Assembly: GCF_000011805.1 (NCBI RefSeq)
Contig: NC_006840.2
Direction: 5' to 3' (one strand)
Length of the DNA: 32,000 nucleotides
Source of the DNA: Aliivibrio fischeri ES114
GTDB lineage: Bacteria > Pseudomonadota > Gammaproteobacteria > Enterobacterales > Vibrionaceae
The position numbers and the translations under genes were made by a program. The notes beneath the pieces are model-generated. The model made no database searches, had not been told where the DNA came from, and saw only the letters and a program-made list of their open reading frames with translations. Position 1 is the first letter of the stretch; each line of letters opens with the position of its first letter. Of the stretch, positions 1 to 9,194 are shown one piece after another.

Positions 1-566
1 TACAACCTCAAAATGGCGAATTAATTCTTGATTGCTGTGCTGCTCCTGGTGGTAAAACAGCGCACATTCTAGAACGCACACAAGATACAAGTGTGGTTGC
101 CATTGATTGTGATGAAACACGTTTAAAACGAGTTTATGAAAACTTAGAACGCTTAAACCTTAAAGCACAAGTTATTTGTGGTGATGCTCGCCATCCAGAA
201 GAATGGTGGAAAGGCGAACAATTTGACCGCATTTTATTGGACGCACCTTGTTCTGCAACAGGGGTTATTCGTCGTCACCCAGACATCAAGTGGTTACGTC
301 GTTCAGAAGACATTAAAGCACTGGCTGAACTGCAAAGTGAAATCTTTGATGCTATGTGGTTACAGTTAAAGTCTGGCGGCACCATGGTTTATGCGACTTG
401 TTCAATTACGCCTTTAGAAAACTGCGATCAGGTAAAAGCGTTTTTAGCACGAACAAGTGATGCAACATTAATTGATAATACAGATCCTGAAAAACCAGGA
501 CGTCAAATTCTTCCAGGTGAAGAGAATATGGACGGCTTCTACTACGCTGTTCTACAAAAAGCCTAA
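1..566 (+). CDS. rsmB: 16S rRNA (cytosine-967-C5)-methyltransferase RsmB, C-terminal part (5' truncated by window edge; frame open from nt 3)
   Basis: Frame from nt 3 reads [26 protein letters not shown]..., joining the tracked ORF at 93. SAM-binding [10 protein letters not shown] and catalytic-type [20 protein letters not shown] motifs; lies directly before trkA. Confidence 0.95.
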   Translation, partial: QPQNGELILDCCAAPGGKTAHILERTQDTSVVAIDCDETRLKRVYENLERLNLKAQVICGDARHPEEWWKGEQFDRILLDAPCSATGVIRRHPDIKWLRRSEDIKALAELQSEIFDAMWLQLKSGGTMVYATCSITPLENCDQVKAFLARTSDATLIDNTDPEKPGRQILPGEENMDGFYYAVLQKA

Positions 567-590
567 TCGGAATACGAGCGAGCAAACGGT

Positions 591-1967
591 ATGAAAATCA
601 TCATCTTAGGTGCGGGTCAAGTGGGCGGCACATTAGCTGAGAACTTGGTGGGCGAAAACAACGATATTACGGTTGTTGATAAGAGCTCTGAACGACTGCG
701 TGAGTTGCAAGATAAATACGATTTACGTGTAGTTCAAGGGTTTGCTAGTCACCCAGATACATTAAGAGAAGCCGGTGCACAAGATGCCGATATGTTAGTT
801 GCCGTCACTAATTCCGACGAAACGAACATGATCGCCTGTCAAATTGCATTTACTGTATTTAATACACCAAACCGTATTGCTCGTATTCGTTCTCCTGAAT
901 ATTTAAGAGAAAAAGAACGCCTTTTCCAATCAGATGCGATTCCAGTTGATCATTTGATCGCTCCAGAAGAACTCGTTACTGGATACATCGAACGCTTAAT
1001 CGAATACCCAGGTGCACTTCAAGTAGCCAGCTTTGCAGAGAAGAAAGTAAGTCTTGTTGCTGTTAAAGCCTATTACGGTGGTCCTCTCGTCGGTAATGCG
1101 TTATCCGCACTTCGTGATCACATGCCTCATATTGATACTCGTGTTGCGGCTATTTTCCGTCAAGGCCGACCAATTCGCCCTCAGGGAACGACCGTTATCG
1201 AAGCTGACGATGAAGTATTCTTTGTTGCAGCAAGTAACCATATCCGTGCAGTAATGAGTGAATTACAGCGTTTAGAGCGCCCATACAAACGAATTATGAT
1301 TGTTGGTGGCGGTAATATCGGAGCAGGTCTTGCGAGACGCTTAGAACAAAACTACAGCGTTAAACTGATTGAACGTAATATGAAGCGAGCAGAAGAGTTA
1401 TCTGAACTGCTTGAAGAAAGCATTGTATTTTGTGGTGATGCTGCAGACCAAGAGCTACTAAGTGAAGAACACATCGATCAAGTTGATGTGTTCATCGCTG
1501 TCACTAACGAAGACGAAGCCAATATCATGTCAGCCATGCTAGCAAAACGCATGGGTGCTAAAAAAGTCATGGTATTGATTCAACGTGGCGCTTATGTGGA
1601 TTTAGTGCAGGGTGGCGTTATTGATGTGGCCATCTCACCACAACAAGCGACAATTTCAGCGCTATTAACGCATGTTCGTCGTGCTGATATCGTTAACGTA
1701 TCCTCTCTTCGTCGTGGTGCAGCCGAAGCGATTGAAGCCATTGCACATGGTGATGAAACCACATCAAAAGTCGTTGGTAGAGAAGTTCAAAATATAAAAC
1801 TACCACCAGGCACAACCATTGGTGCAATTGTTCGAGGTGAAGAAGTATTAATCGCACACGATAAGACCGTGATAGAGCAGGATGATCACGTTGTTATGTT
1901 CCTAGTGGATAAGAAATACGTTCAGGATGTAGAACGCTTATTCCAACCGAGTCCGTTCTTCTTATAA
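591..1967 (+). CDS. trkA: Trk system potassium uptake regulatory protein TrkA (two RCK/NAD-binding domains)
   Basis: 458 aa, [19 protein letters not shown] and a second Rossmann motif [15 protein letters not shown]; adjacent trkH. Confidence 0.96.
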   Translation: MKIIILGAGQVGGTLAENLVGENNDITVVDKSSERLRELQDKYDLRVVQGFASHPDTLREAGAQDADMLVAVTNSDETNMIACQIAFTVFNTPNRIARIRSPEYLREKERLFQSDAIPVDHLIAPEELVTGYIERLIEYPGALQVASFAEKKVSLVAVKAYYGGPLVGNALSALRDHMPHIDTRVAAIFRQGRPIRPQGTTVIEADDEVFFVAASNHIRAVMSELQRLERPYKRIMIVGGGNIGAGLARRLEQNYSVKLIERNMKRAEELSELLEESIVFCGDAADQELLSEEHIDQVDVFIAVTNEDEANIMSAMLAKRMGAKKVMVLIQRGAYVDLVQGGVIDVAISPQQATISALLTHVRRADIVNVSSLRRGAAEAIEAIAHGDETTSKVVGREVQNIKLPPGTTIGAIVRGEEVLIAHDKTVIEQDDHVVMFLVDKKYVQDVERLFQPSPFFL

Positions 1968-1969
1968 TT

Positions 1970-3415
1970 ATGGTTAACTACAAACCGATCCTATTTGTAA
2001 TAGGGCTTGTTTTATCAAAACTCGCCCTATTTATGTATATCCCGACACTCGTAGCACTGTTTACAGGTACTGGTGGTTTTATCGAATTTGGACAAGCGGT
2101 TGCCATTACTCACATAGTGGCATTTGCTTGTTTAACTTTGGGCCGCAGCAAACAGTTTAAAATGAACGTGCGGGATATGTTTTTAATAACAACACTTGTG
2201 TGGACCATTGCAAGTGCTTTCGCTGCACTTCCTTTTGTGTTTATTAACCACATCAGCTTTACCGACGCTTACTTTGAAACCATGTCAGGCATCACAACGA
2301 CTGGTTCAACGGTGCTCAGTGGGTTAGATGATATGGCACCAAGTATTTTATTATGGCGTTCAACGTTACAGTGGCTAGGTGGTGTAGGTTTTATTGTAAT
2401 GGCAGTAGCCATCTTACCTATGCTCAATGTCGGTGGTATGCGACTGTTCCAAACGGAATCTTCTGATTGGTCAGATAAAAGCGCCCCGAGAACCAAATAT
2501 GTCGCCAAATACATTGTGAATGTGTATTTAAGCTTAACCTTACTGTGTTTCTTAAGCTATTTAGTGACAGGGATGACACCATTTGAAGCCATAAACCACG
2601 CATTTACTACGCTATCCACAGGAGGATACTCCACCTCTGATAGTTCAATGAATCGTTTTTCAAATAGCACGCACTGGGTAGCATCATTCTTTATGTTTGC
2701 AGGTGGTTTGCCTTTCTTACTCTTTATTCAAGTACTTAAAAAGCGCGATCCCAAAGTTCTCTTTAAAGATGCTCAGGTCGTTGGGTTTCTAAAATTAGTA
2801 TTAATCACCAGCTTATTAGTTGCGATTTGGTTAGTGATTCATAATGACTATGCCATTATGGATGCGTTACGAGTCTCTGTGTTTAATATTGTTTCTGTTG
2901 TGACTACAACGGGTTTTGGTTTGGATGACTTTACATCGTGGGGAGCATTCCCTGCCATCATCTTTGCTTTTGTTATGCTAACAGGTGCATGTTCAGGTTC
3001 GACAGCGGGTGGTATAAAAATCTTCCGCTTCCAGATTGCATCAACCATGTTGAATAAACAGATGATGAAACTGATCCACCCATCAGGGATCTTTGTTCAA
3101 CGTTATAATGGCCGTCCAGTAACCGATGACATTGCACGTTCGGTTGTTGCTCTTGTCTTTACCTTCCTATTAACCATCATCATTATCTCTGCGTTATTAG
3201 GTAGCTTAGGACTTGATCCCGTAACGAGTATCACCAGTGCCGTTACTGCTGTTGCTAACGTAGGTCCAGGTATGGGGCATATTGTTGGCCCAACAGGTAA
3301 CTTTGCAACACTACCAGATACGGCAAAATGGATACTCAGTATTGGAATGTTGATGGGGCGATTAGAAATTTTAACCGTATTGGTTTTATTCTTCCCAGCC
3401 TTTTGGAAGGGTTAA
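1970..3415 (+). CDS. trkH: Trk potassium transporter membrane subunit TrkH
   Basis: 481 aa membrane protein with repeated selectivity-loop-like segments (GITTTGSTVL, STGGYSTSD, VTTTGFG, NVGPGMG); starts 2 nt after the trkA stop. Confidence 0.94.
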   Translation: MVNYKPILFVIGLVLSKLALFMYIPTLVALFTGTGGFIEFGQAVAITHIVAFACLTLGRSKQFKMNVRDMFLITTLVWTIASAFAALPFVFINHISFTDAYFETMSGITTTGSTVLSGLDDMAPSILLWRSTLQWLGGVGFIVMAVAILPMLNVGGMRLFQTESSDWSDKSAPRTKYVAKYIVNVYLSLTLLCFLSYLVTGMTPFEAINHAFTTLSTGGYSTSDSSMNRFSNSTHWVASFFMFAGGLPFLLFIQVLKKRDPKVLFKDAQVVGFLKLVLITSLLVAIWLVIHNDYAIMDALRVSVFNIVSVVTTTGFGLDDFTSWGAFPAIIFAFVMLTGACSGSTAGGIKIFRFQIASTMLNKQMMKLIHPSGIFVQRYNGRPVTDDIARSVVALVFTFLLTIIIISALLGSLGLDPVTSITSAVTAVANVGPGMGHIVGPTGNFATLPDTAKWILSIGMLMGRLEILTVLVLFFPAFWKG

Positions 3416-3428
3416 CACAGTAACAATG

Positions 3429-3462
3429 AAAAATGACCTAGTATTTCTACTAGGCCATTTTT
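3429..3462 (+). terminator. Rho-independent terminator after trkAH
   Basis: AAAAATG-a-CCTAGTA / TTTC / TACTAGG-c-CATTTTT: 14-bp stem with one mismatch and T-run. A-run on the 5' side may make it bidirectional with convergent yqfA. Confidence 0.88.
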
Positions 3463-3477
3463 ATTTATAAACAGGTA

Positions 3478-4125
3478 TTAAACCGGCTTTACGTAATAAT
3501 AAATCGACAAGAATTGAGTAACACAGCCACCTAATACAAATAAGTGCCAAATAGCATGGTTATATGGGATCTTTTTGGCGACATAAAAAATAACACCTAA
3601 AGAATAAATCACACCACCAAGTCCCAGCAAAATCACACCGTTAATATCGATATGAATAACCAATTGATACACAGCAATCACTGATAACCATCCCATTATG
3701 AGATAGGTAATTAGCGATAATTTTTTAAATCGATATACAAATACAATTTTTCCAATAATACCAATAAGCGCAATAGCCCAAATCACACCCATCAACCAGT
3801 AGGCTAATGGTGTTCTCAAACTCACCAATAAATAGGGTGTATAGCTACCGGCAATCAAAAGAAAAATCGCACAATGATCCAAGGTTTTTAATAATCTTTT
3901 CGCTTTAGGTGCGGCAATAGAATGGTAAAGCGTCGACGCTAAAAAAAGTAAAATAATACTCGCACCATAAACAGACATACTGGTTATGGTTAGCCAATCC
4001 GCATTAGCTGCATTGGCTTTTAAAAGCAATAAGATTAAAGCAACAACACCAAAAACCATCCCTAAAGCATGGCTTAAACTGTTCGCTAATTCTTCTTTTT
4101 TTGAATATGGAGCGGAGGTAGGCAT
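3478..4125 (-). CDS. yqfA: Hemolysin III / PAQR-family membrane protein (YqfA/TrhA-like)
   Basis: 215 aa, multiple TM segments, motifs [22 protein letters not shown] and [11 protein letters not shown] typical of the HlyIII family. Confidence 0.88.
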   Translation of the reverse strand: MPTSAPYSKKEELANSLSHALGMVFGVVALILLLLKANAANADWLTITSMSVYGASIILLFLASTLYHSIAAPKAKRLLKTLDHCAIFLLIAGSYTPYLLVSLRTPLAYWLMGVIWAIALIGIIGKIVFVYRFKKLSLITYLIMGWLSVIAVYQLVIHIDINGVILLGLGGVIYSLGVIFYVAKKIPYNHAIWHLFVLGGCVTQFLSIYYYVKPV

Positions 4126-4158
4126 AATTATCTCATAGAGTGATTACTCGATAAGATC

Positions 4159-4188
4159 AGTATGACACATTTAAGCGTACAGTTGTAA
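4159..4188 (-). promoter_or_regulatory. Candidate sigma70-type promoter for yqfA
   Basis: On the minus strand TTACAA (4188-4183), 18-nt spacer, CATACT (4164-4159), about 35 nt upstream of the yqfA ATG at 4125. Overlaps the inverted repeat at 4162-4203. Confidence 0.4.
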
Positions 4189-4209
4189 GCTTAAATGTGT
4201 CATTTTTTT
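4162..4209 (+). repeat. 15-bp perfect inverted repeat followed by T-run (terminator-like on +, possible operator)
   Basis: ATGACACATTTAAGC (4162-4176), 12-nt loop, GCTTAAATGTGTCAT (4189-4203), T-run 4203-4209. Confidence 0.85.
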
Positions 4210-4224
4210 CATCAAACCTATCAA

Positions 4225-5013
4225 TTAGGTGGTTTGATTTAAGAAATCAATCACTTGCTTCCCTGCTTCTTCTGGCGTTAAACGGGTTGAAAGACTTAAT
4301 TTTCTTTTTAACTCACCACGCCCAAGCATTGATGATAATAAGCCTCGCGCACCACCTTTATGTCTTCTGTCTATCTCAAACCATAATTGCAACTCATCCG
4401 CTGTTCTATGAGCAATCATTTCAAGCTCTCGCCAGCTACCATGATAAGGGCCATCAAAAGGCACAAACTCAAACTCTTGCACAAAAGGTAAATCAAACCC
4501 TTTAACGTGCTCACATTCAACCTGACGGATCCGCAAGCCTTCAGTTTCTAAGGCGGTTAATACACCATCAAAGAGATCATCAGGACGAACAGTAATAGGG
4601 TCTTTATCTGTTGGATCTAAACCAAGAGAAATATCTAACCCTGTTTGAACCCACACTTTGGCATCACCAATCGTAATTGGTGTATTTAGTGGAAGATCCA
4701 ATTCCAATTCAAATTTACGCTCTTGCTTTGGCTCTATCGTAAATGCATAAGGCAAACTCCAATCCGCCAACACATGAGTTTGCTTAATCATTTGGGTTTG
4801 TGAGCCATTTTCACTTTTACGATGAACTTCTTTTTTGTACTGACAACATAATTTCAAATCAATATTATCAATATCTTGAGCCGTTGCACCGCCAGTAACT
4901 TCAATGGTTACTTGAGCTTTTTGCCCTGGTATCAAAACTTCATGGTGAATGATCGTATCCACATTTGCAGAACCAATGCCTAATGACGCTAACGTTTTTT
5001 TAAAAAAAGACAT
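4225..5013 (-). CDS. Spo0M-family (sporulation-control protein homologue, arrestin-like fold) protein
   Basis: 262 aa beginning MSFFKKTLASLGIGSANVDTIIHHEVLIPGQKAQVTIEVTGG, with the Spo0M-like N-terminal pattern (short helix, then G-x-G...V-T..V..PG). Family call from recognised character only. Confidence 0.82.
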   Translation of the reverse strand: MSFFKKTLASLGIGSANVDTIIHHEVLIPGQKAQVTIEVTGGATAQDIDNIDLKLCCQYKKEVHRKSENGSQTQMIKQTHVLADWSLPYAFTIEPKQERKFELELDLPLNTPITIGDAKVWVQTGLDISLGLDPTDKDPITVRPDDLFDGVLTALETEGLRIRQVECEHVKGFDLPFVQEFEFVPFDGPYHGSWRELEMIAHRTADELQLWFEIDRRHKGGARGLLSSMLGRGELKRKLSLSTRLTPEEAGKQVIDFLNQTT

Positions 5014-5253
5014 TTTTATCTCCTAACCAATCCATGTTTTATGCTCTTATTATTGCTCAGTTATCATAATTACGCTGAGATGCACCTCGACTAATTGACA
5101 GTTTATGTTACCCTTATAGGGTGTTTTTTAAACACATAATCCTGACTATTTATTTGGATTGGCGAAAGCTAAAAAGAGTTTCACCTTGATGTAACTCATA
5201 AATAGTTAGGTCATTAATTTGGCCAAGGAAGTGCCTGACTATAGAGATAGATA

Positions 5254-5421
5254 ATGCGTCCTATGACTGTCAGGTTCTCACGCTCTGCTTCAACACATAG
5301 CGTGGATCGTCGTCGCAGCCACTTTGTAAAAGCAGCTGTTGCGAAAAAGAACGTACCTGAAATGACTTTAGTGGTTTCAGAAAAAACAGAAACTGAAAAA
5401 GAAGTTTCATGTGCGGCATAA
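5254..5421 (+). CDS. Putative small protein, 55 aa, unknown function (absent from the supplied ORF track)
   Basis: ATG at 5254, TAA at 5419-5421: MRPMTVRFSRSASTHSVDRRRSHFVKAAVAKKNVPEMTLVVSEKTETEKEVSCAA. A strong rho-independent terminator begins 4 nt after the stop. A second start at 5263 is possible; no clear Shine-Dalgarno. Confidence 0.5.
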   Translation: MRPMTVRFSRSASTHSVDRRRSHFVKAAVAKKNVPEMTLVVSEKTETEKEVSCAA

Positions 5422-5424
5422 TTT

Positions 5425-5453
5425 AAAAGCGTAGCCTATTGGTTGCGCTTTTT
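5425..5453 (+). terminator. Rho-independent terminator
   Basis: AAAAGCGTAGCC / TATT / GGTTGCGCTTTT: 12 bp including two G-U pairs, followed by TTTCTTTTTT. Confidence 0.88.
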
Positions 5454-5571
5454 CTTTTTTAAAAAGCACTTTTTTCTACATGAGAATCCGATCATTTACT
5501 TACTCTAACTGGTATTAACATCCCTTATAACTGATATATACTAACCCTAATAATTATAAGGAGAATGCTCA

Positions 5572-5835
5572 ATGAAATGTCACCGCGTAAATGAATTAAT
5601 CGAATTAATTCACCCTGAATGGAAAAAAGAACCAGAACTAAATCTTATGCAGTTTATTGTAAAACTTGCAGAAGAAACAAAATACGAAGGTAAGTTAGAA
5701 GACCTTACTGATGATGTTCTAATCTATCACCTAAAAATGCGAAATAGCGAAAAAACAGAAATGATCCCAGGTCTTGCTAAAGACCAAGAAGATGATTTTA
5801 AAACCGCAATTCTAAAAGCTCGTGGGATTTTATAA
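5572..5835 (+). CDS. yihD: YihD family protein (DUF1040)
   Basis: 87 aa [35 protein letters not shown]...[13 protein letters not shown]; close match to remembered E. coli YihD, and the E. coli locus also has yihD next to srkA-dsbA-yihG. Confidence 0.92.
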   Translation: MKCHRVNELIELIHPEWKKEPELNLMQFIVKLAEETKYEGKLEDLTDDVLIYHLKMRNSEKTEMIPGLAKDQEDDFKTAILKARGIL

Positions 5836-5852
5836 GTAACTCACCATGCTAT

Positions 5853-5878
5853 GATCTGGTTTGTCACCGAACCAGATC
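5853..5878. repeat. Inverted repeat downstream of yihD, possible 3' hairpin
   Basis: GATCTGGTT / TGTCACCG / AACCAGATC, 9-bp perfect stem. Followed only by GGTTTCC, so it is not a canonical intrinsic terminator. Confidence 0.7.
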
Positions 5879-6046
5879 GGTTTCCTATCAAATAAAACAC
5901 ACTTTTTTAACTAAATTTGAACCTTCTTACGTATTCCTTTTAGTCATCAGGCTATAATTCATCCGCAATGTCATCTAGTTACCAAGTAAAAAATAATGCT
6001 CAACACTACTCACTTGGTATCATAATAATAATATTTAGGAAGAATA

Positions 6047-7465
6047 ATGAGTCAGGAAAAAATAGACATCAAGGATGTGACTCCAAAGCAATTTAACCCT
6101 AAGACCCATAAATCCAGTAGTGATCGCTTTAATCCAAGCTCTGGAATTTATGTTCGCCAAAGTAAAGGAACCTTCCAGAAATTGCGCCGCTATGGAGCAT
6201 GGTTTCTGCTTGCCTTATTTATTCTCACACCTTGGATTTCCTTTGGTGACCGCCAAGCTATTTTACTCGATATTGGAAATCAGCAGTTTAGCTTCTTTGG
6301 TACGACTCTTTTCCCTCAAGACCTGACTCTTCTCGCGCTTCTTTTTGTGATAGCCGCCTTCGGGTTGTTTTTTATCACCACTTTTTTAGGACGAGTATGG
6401 TGTGGTTATTTGTGTCCACAAACCGTTTGGACTTTCATGTACATTTGGTTTGAAGAAAAATTAGAAGGCTCAGCCAACAAACGTCGTAAACAAGATCAAA
6501 TGAAAAAGACACCAAACTTGTTACTTCGAAAAACACTCAAACACCTCGCATGGATTACTATTGCTATTGCCACTGGCATTACTTTTGTCGGCTATTTTGT
6601 TCCTGTAAAAGAACTCGTTGTTGATTTTTTTACTTTCAATAGTGATTTTTTACCTGCATTTTGGGTTCTTTTCTTTGCTGGCTGTACTTATGGAAACGCA
6701 GGTTGGATGCGTTCAATCGTTTGTTTGCATATGTGTCCTTACGCTCGTTTCCAATCAGCCATGTTTGATAAAGACACTTATATTGTTGGTTATGACCCAA
6801 AACGAGGAGAAGCTCGTGGTCCTCGATCACGTAAAAAAGATCCAAAAGAATTAGGATTAGGCGACTGTATTGACTGTAATTTATGCGTGCAGGTATGTCC
6901 GACAGGCATCGATATCCGTGATGGTCTGCAATACGAATGCATTAACTGTGGCGCTTGTATTGATGCGTGTAACGAAACCATGGATAAGATGAAATATGAC
7001 AAAAACCTTATCAGCTATACCACTGAACATAAATTAGCTGGACATAAAACTCATGTTCTGCGTCCAAAGTTAATTGGTTATGGTGTCGTTATGTTGCTGA
7101 TGATAGGGCTATTTATTACTCAAATAGCAACGGTAGAACCTATGGGGCTAGATGTTTTACGCGATAGAAACCAATTAGCCAGAATCAGCAGTTCGGGTTT
7201 AATCGAAAATACTTACACCTTAAAAATCATTAATAAAACCCAACAAACTCAAGAATACGATCTCAATGTAACAGGCATTGATAATCTCACTTGGTATGGT
7301 TCACAACGTGTGAATGTCAAAGCAGGTGAGGTATTAAGCTTACCGATAAGCTTAGGAGCAAGTGAAGCCGAATTAAATAAAACCATCACAACAATTGAAT
7401 TTGAAATAACGAATTCTGATGGCCAAGTGATAAAAGCTGAAAGTCGATTCTTTAAAAAGCTATAA
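6047..7465 (+). CDS. ccoG: Cytochrome c oxidase accessory protein CcoG (FixG/RdxA family)
   Basis: 472 aa; N-terminal TM helices, GRVWCGYLCPQTVWTFMYIWFEE, ferredoxin-like CIDCNLCVQVCPTGID and CINCGACIDACNETM, C-terminal Ig-like domain. Confidence 0.95.
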   Translation: MSQEKIDIKDVTPKQFNPKTHKSSSDRFNPSSGIYVRQSKGTFQKLRRYGAWFLLALFILTPWISFGDRQAILLDIGNQQFSFFGTTLFPQDLTLLALLFVIAAFGLFFITTFLGRVWCGYLCPQTVWTFMYIWFEEKLEGSANKRRKQDQMKKTPNLLLRKTLKHLAWITIAIATGITFVGYFVPVKELVVDFFTFNSDFLPAFWVLFFAGCTYGNAGWMRSIVCLHMCPYARFQSAMFDKDTYIVGYDPKRGEARGPRSRKKDPKELGLGDCIDCNLCVQVCPTGIDIRDGLQYECINCGACIDACNETMDKMKYDKNLISYTTEHKLAGHKTHVLRPKLIGYGVVMLLMIGLFITQIATVEPMGLDVLRDRNQLARISSSGLIENTYTLKIINKTQQTQEYDLNVTGIDNLTWYGSQRVNVKAGEVLSLPISLGASEAELNKTITTIEFEITNSDGQVIKAESRFFKKL

Positions 7466-7466
7466 T
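7461..7466 (+). promoter_or_regulatory. Candidate -10 element (TATAAT) upstream of srkA
   Basis: Exact TATAAT; upstream CTGAAA (7437-7442) with 18-nt spacing could be a weak -35. Confidence 0.35.
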
Positions 7467-7483
7467 CACTTTATTACTGACAC

Positions 7484-7508
7484 AAAAGGCTCGTAATGAG
7501 CCTTTTTT
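7484..7508 (+). terminator. Terminator-like hairpin immediately upstream of srkA
   Basis: AAAAGGCTC / GTAAT / GAGCCTTTT, T-run to 7508, only 13 nt before the preferred srkA ATG (7522). Confidence 0.82.
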
Positions 7509-7521
7509 ATTGAGAATGACT

Positions 7522-8505
7522 ATGTCTGAACACGCTTTTAATTTCAGTACGCTTACCCCTGATTTACTCTGGAATGCTCTTGCTGATATCGGCATTAGAG
7601 CAGAGTCAGGTTTTCTTGCTTTAAACAGTTATGAAAACCGTGTCTATCAATTTACCGACGAAGAACGACGTCGTTATGTTGTGAAGTTTTATCGCCCACA
7701 ACGTTGGTCTGAAGCTCAAATACTTGAAGAACACTTATTTGCTCGACAACTTGTTCAACAAGATATTCCAATCGCTGCTCCATTGGAAATTAACGGCAAA
7801 ACCCTACACTCAGCCAATGGTTATTGGTTTGCACTTTTTGATAGCTTAGGAGGCCGCACATTTGAGGTCGATAATTTTGATCAATTAGAGTGGGTGGGAC
7901 GCTTTTTAGGCCGCATTCATAAAGTAGGGGAATCCGAGTTATTTCAACATCGTCCAACAATAGGGCTAGATGAGTACTTGTATCAACCAAGAAAACTATT
8001 AGAAAACAGCTCGTTTATCCCGACACATTTAGAAAATAGCTTTTTCTCTGATATGGATATGTTGATTCAACAAATCGAACAACACTGGCAACCAAGTAAA
8101 TCCATTCGACTGCACGGTGATTGTCACCCTAGCAATATTTTATGGCGTGATGGTCCATTATTTGTTGATTTAGATGACGCCAGAAATGGCCCAGCCGCAC
8201 AAGATATCTGGATGCTGTTAAATGGTGATCGCCAAGATAAGCTTGTTCAGTTAGATATTTTGTTGGAATCTTATTCTGAGTTTTGCGATTTTGACCACAA
8301 CCAGTTGAAACTAATTGAACCTTTACGTGGTCTACGAATGGTGCACTACATGGCATGGCTTGCAAAACGTTGGCAAGATCCTGCTTTTCCTATTGCATTT
8401 CCATGGTTTGCCGACGCAAAATACTGGGAAAGTCAGGTTCTCGGATTTAAAGAACAAATAGCCGCATTAAACGATGCACCTTTAGAACTGATGCCACAAT
8501 GGTAA
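7522..8505 (+). CDS. srkA: Stress response kinase SrkA (RdoA/YihE, phosphotransferase family)
   Basis: The tracked ORF opens at a TTG (7510); MSEHAFNFSTLTPDLLWNAL start preferred at 7522. Motifs IRLHGDCHPSNILW and LFVDLDDARNGPAAQD; followed by dsbA. Confidence 0.93.
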   Translation: MSEHAFNFSTLTPDLLWNALADIGIRAESGFLALNSYENRVYQFTDEERRRYVVKFYRPQRWSEAQILEEHLFARQLVQQDIPIAAPLEINGKTLHSANGYWFALFDSLGGRTFEVDNFDQLEWVGRFLGRIHKVGESELFQHRPTIGLDEYLYQPRKLLENSSFIPTHLENSFFSDMDMLIQQIEQHWQPSKSIRLHGDCHPSNILWRDGPLFVDLDDARNGPAAQDIWMLLNGDRQDKLVQLDILLESYSEFCDFDHNQLKLIEPLRGLRMVHYMAWLAKRWQDPAFPIAFPWFADAKYWESQVLGFKEQIAALNDAPLELMPQW

Positions 8506-8545
8506 AATATAATACTAATCACAAATGGATTGGAGAGAGTTACAC

Positions 8546-9148
8546 ATGATGAAGAAAATGATGGCACTGTTTGGTGCTTTAGTACTGAGTTTTTCAGTAA
8601 ATGCAGCAAACTTTACAGAAGGCGATTACTACAAAGTTCTTGACCTACCAGAATCAAAAACACCGACAGTGAATGAATTTTTCTCTTTTTACTGCCCACA
8701 TTGTAATAGCTTTGAACCGCTTATTCAGGGTCTAAAGAAAACACTACCAGATGATGCAACGTTTAAGAAAACTCACGTTTCATTCATGGGTGGACCAATG
8801 GGCTTATCAATGAGTAAAGCCTATGCAACAATGGTTTCTCTAGGTATCGAAGATAAAATGATTCCTGTTTTCTTCAACCGTATCCATACAATGAACAAAC
8901 CACCACGTAATGAAAAAGAAATTCGTCAGATCTTCCTAGATGAAGGCGTTAACGCTGATGAGTTCGACGGTACATACAATAGCTTTGCTATTAACTCTAT
9001 GGTTAACCGTTTTGATAAATCATTCCAAGACAGTGGCTTAACGGGTGTTCCTGCATTAATCGTTAACAACAAATACCTTGTTGAAACGGGTAAAATCAAA
9101 AGTGCTGATGAGTACTACGAGTTAGTAAACTGGTTACTTAAAAAGTAA
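8546..9148 (+). CDS. dsbA: Thiol:disulfide interchange protein DsbA
   Basis: Signal peptide [20 protein letters not shown], then [14 protein letters not shown] with CPHC active site and [12 protein letters not shown] cis-Pro loop. Start trimmed from 8525 to ATG 8546. Confidence 0.96.
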   Translation: MMKKMMALFGALVLSFSVNAANFTEGDYYKVLDLPESKTPTVNEFFSFYCPHCNSFEPLIQGLKKTLPDDATFKKTHVSFMGGPMGLSMSKAYATMVSLGIEDKMIPVFFNRIHTMNKPPRNEKEIRQIFLDEGVNADEFDGTYNSFAINSMVNRFDKSFQDSGLTGVPALIVNNKYLVETGKIKSADEYYELVNWLLKK

Positions 9149-9162
9149 TAAAATAAGCAAAT

Positions 9163-9194
9163 AAAAAGGGAGCGAATTATCGCTCCCTTTTTTT
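9163..9194. terminator. Bidirectional rho-independent terminator between convergent dsbA and yihG-like gene
   Basis: AAAAAGGGAGCG / AATTAT / CGCTCCCTTTTTTT. The T-run touches the yihG-like stop codon. Confidence 0.93.

Noticed and set aside
178-369. 63-aa tracked ORF overlapping rsmB
   Set aside because: Out of frame inside the well-supported rsmB frame; no recognisable motif.
4197-4505. 102-aa plus-strand ORF opposite the Spo0M-family gene
   Set aside because: Antisense to a recognised gene, low-complexity Leu/His-rich translation, overlaps the T-run and hairpin; shadow ORF.
5095-5123. Exact TTGACA followed by TATAGG as a promoter for the 55-aa ORF
   Set aside because: Spacing from TTGACA (5095-5100) to TATAGG (5115-5120) is only 14 nt, too short for a typical sigma70 promoter.
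6025-6042. ATAATAATAAT tract before ccoG as a phase-variation microsatellite
   Set aside because: Only about four imperfect trinucleotide units, upstream of the start codon; too short to argue slippage.
5968-6093. Short ATG frame running from the intergenic region into ccoG
   Set aside because: Out of frame with ccoG, A/T-rich, no supporting motif or distinct regulatory signals.
6618-7002. Small ORFs within and opposite ccoG (6618-6854, 6636-6845, 6790-7002)
   Set aside because: Fully overlapped by ccoG, whose Cys-motif frame explains the sequence.
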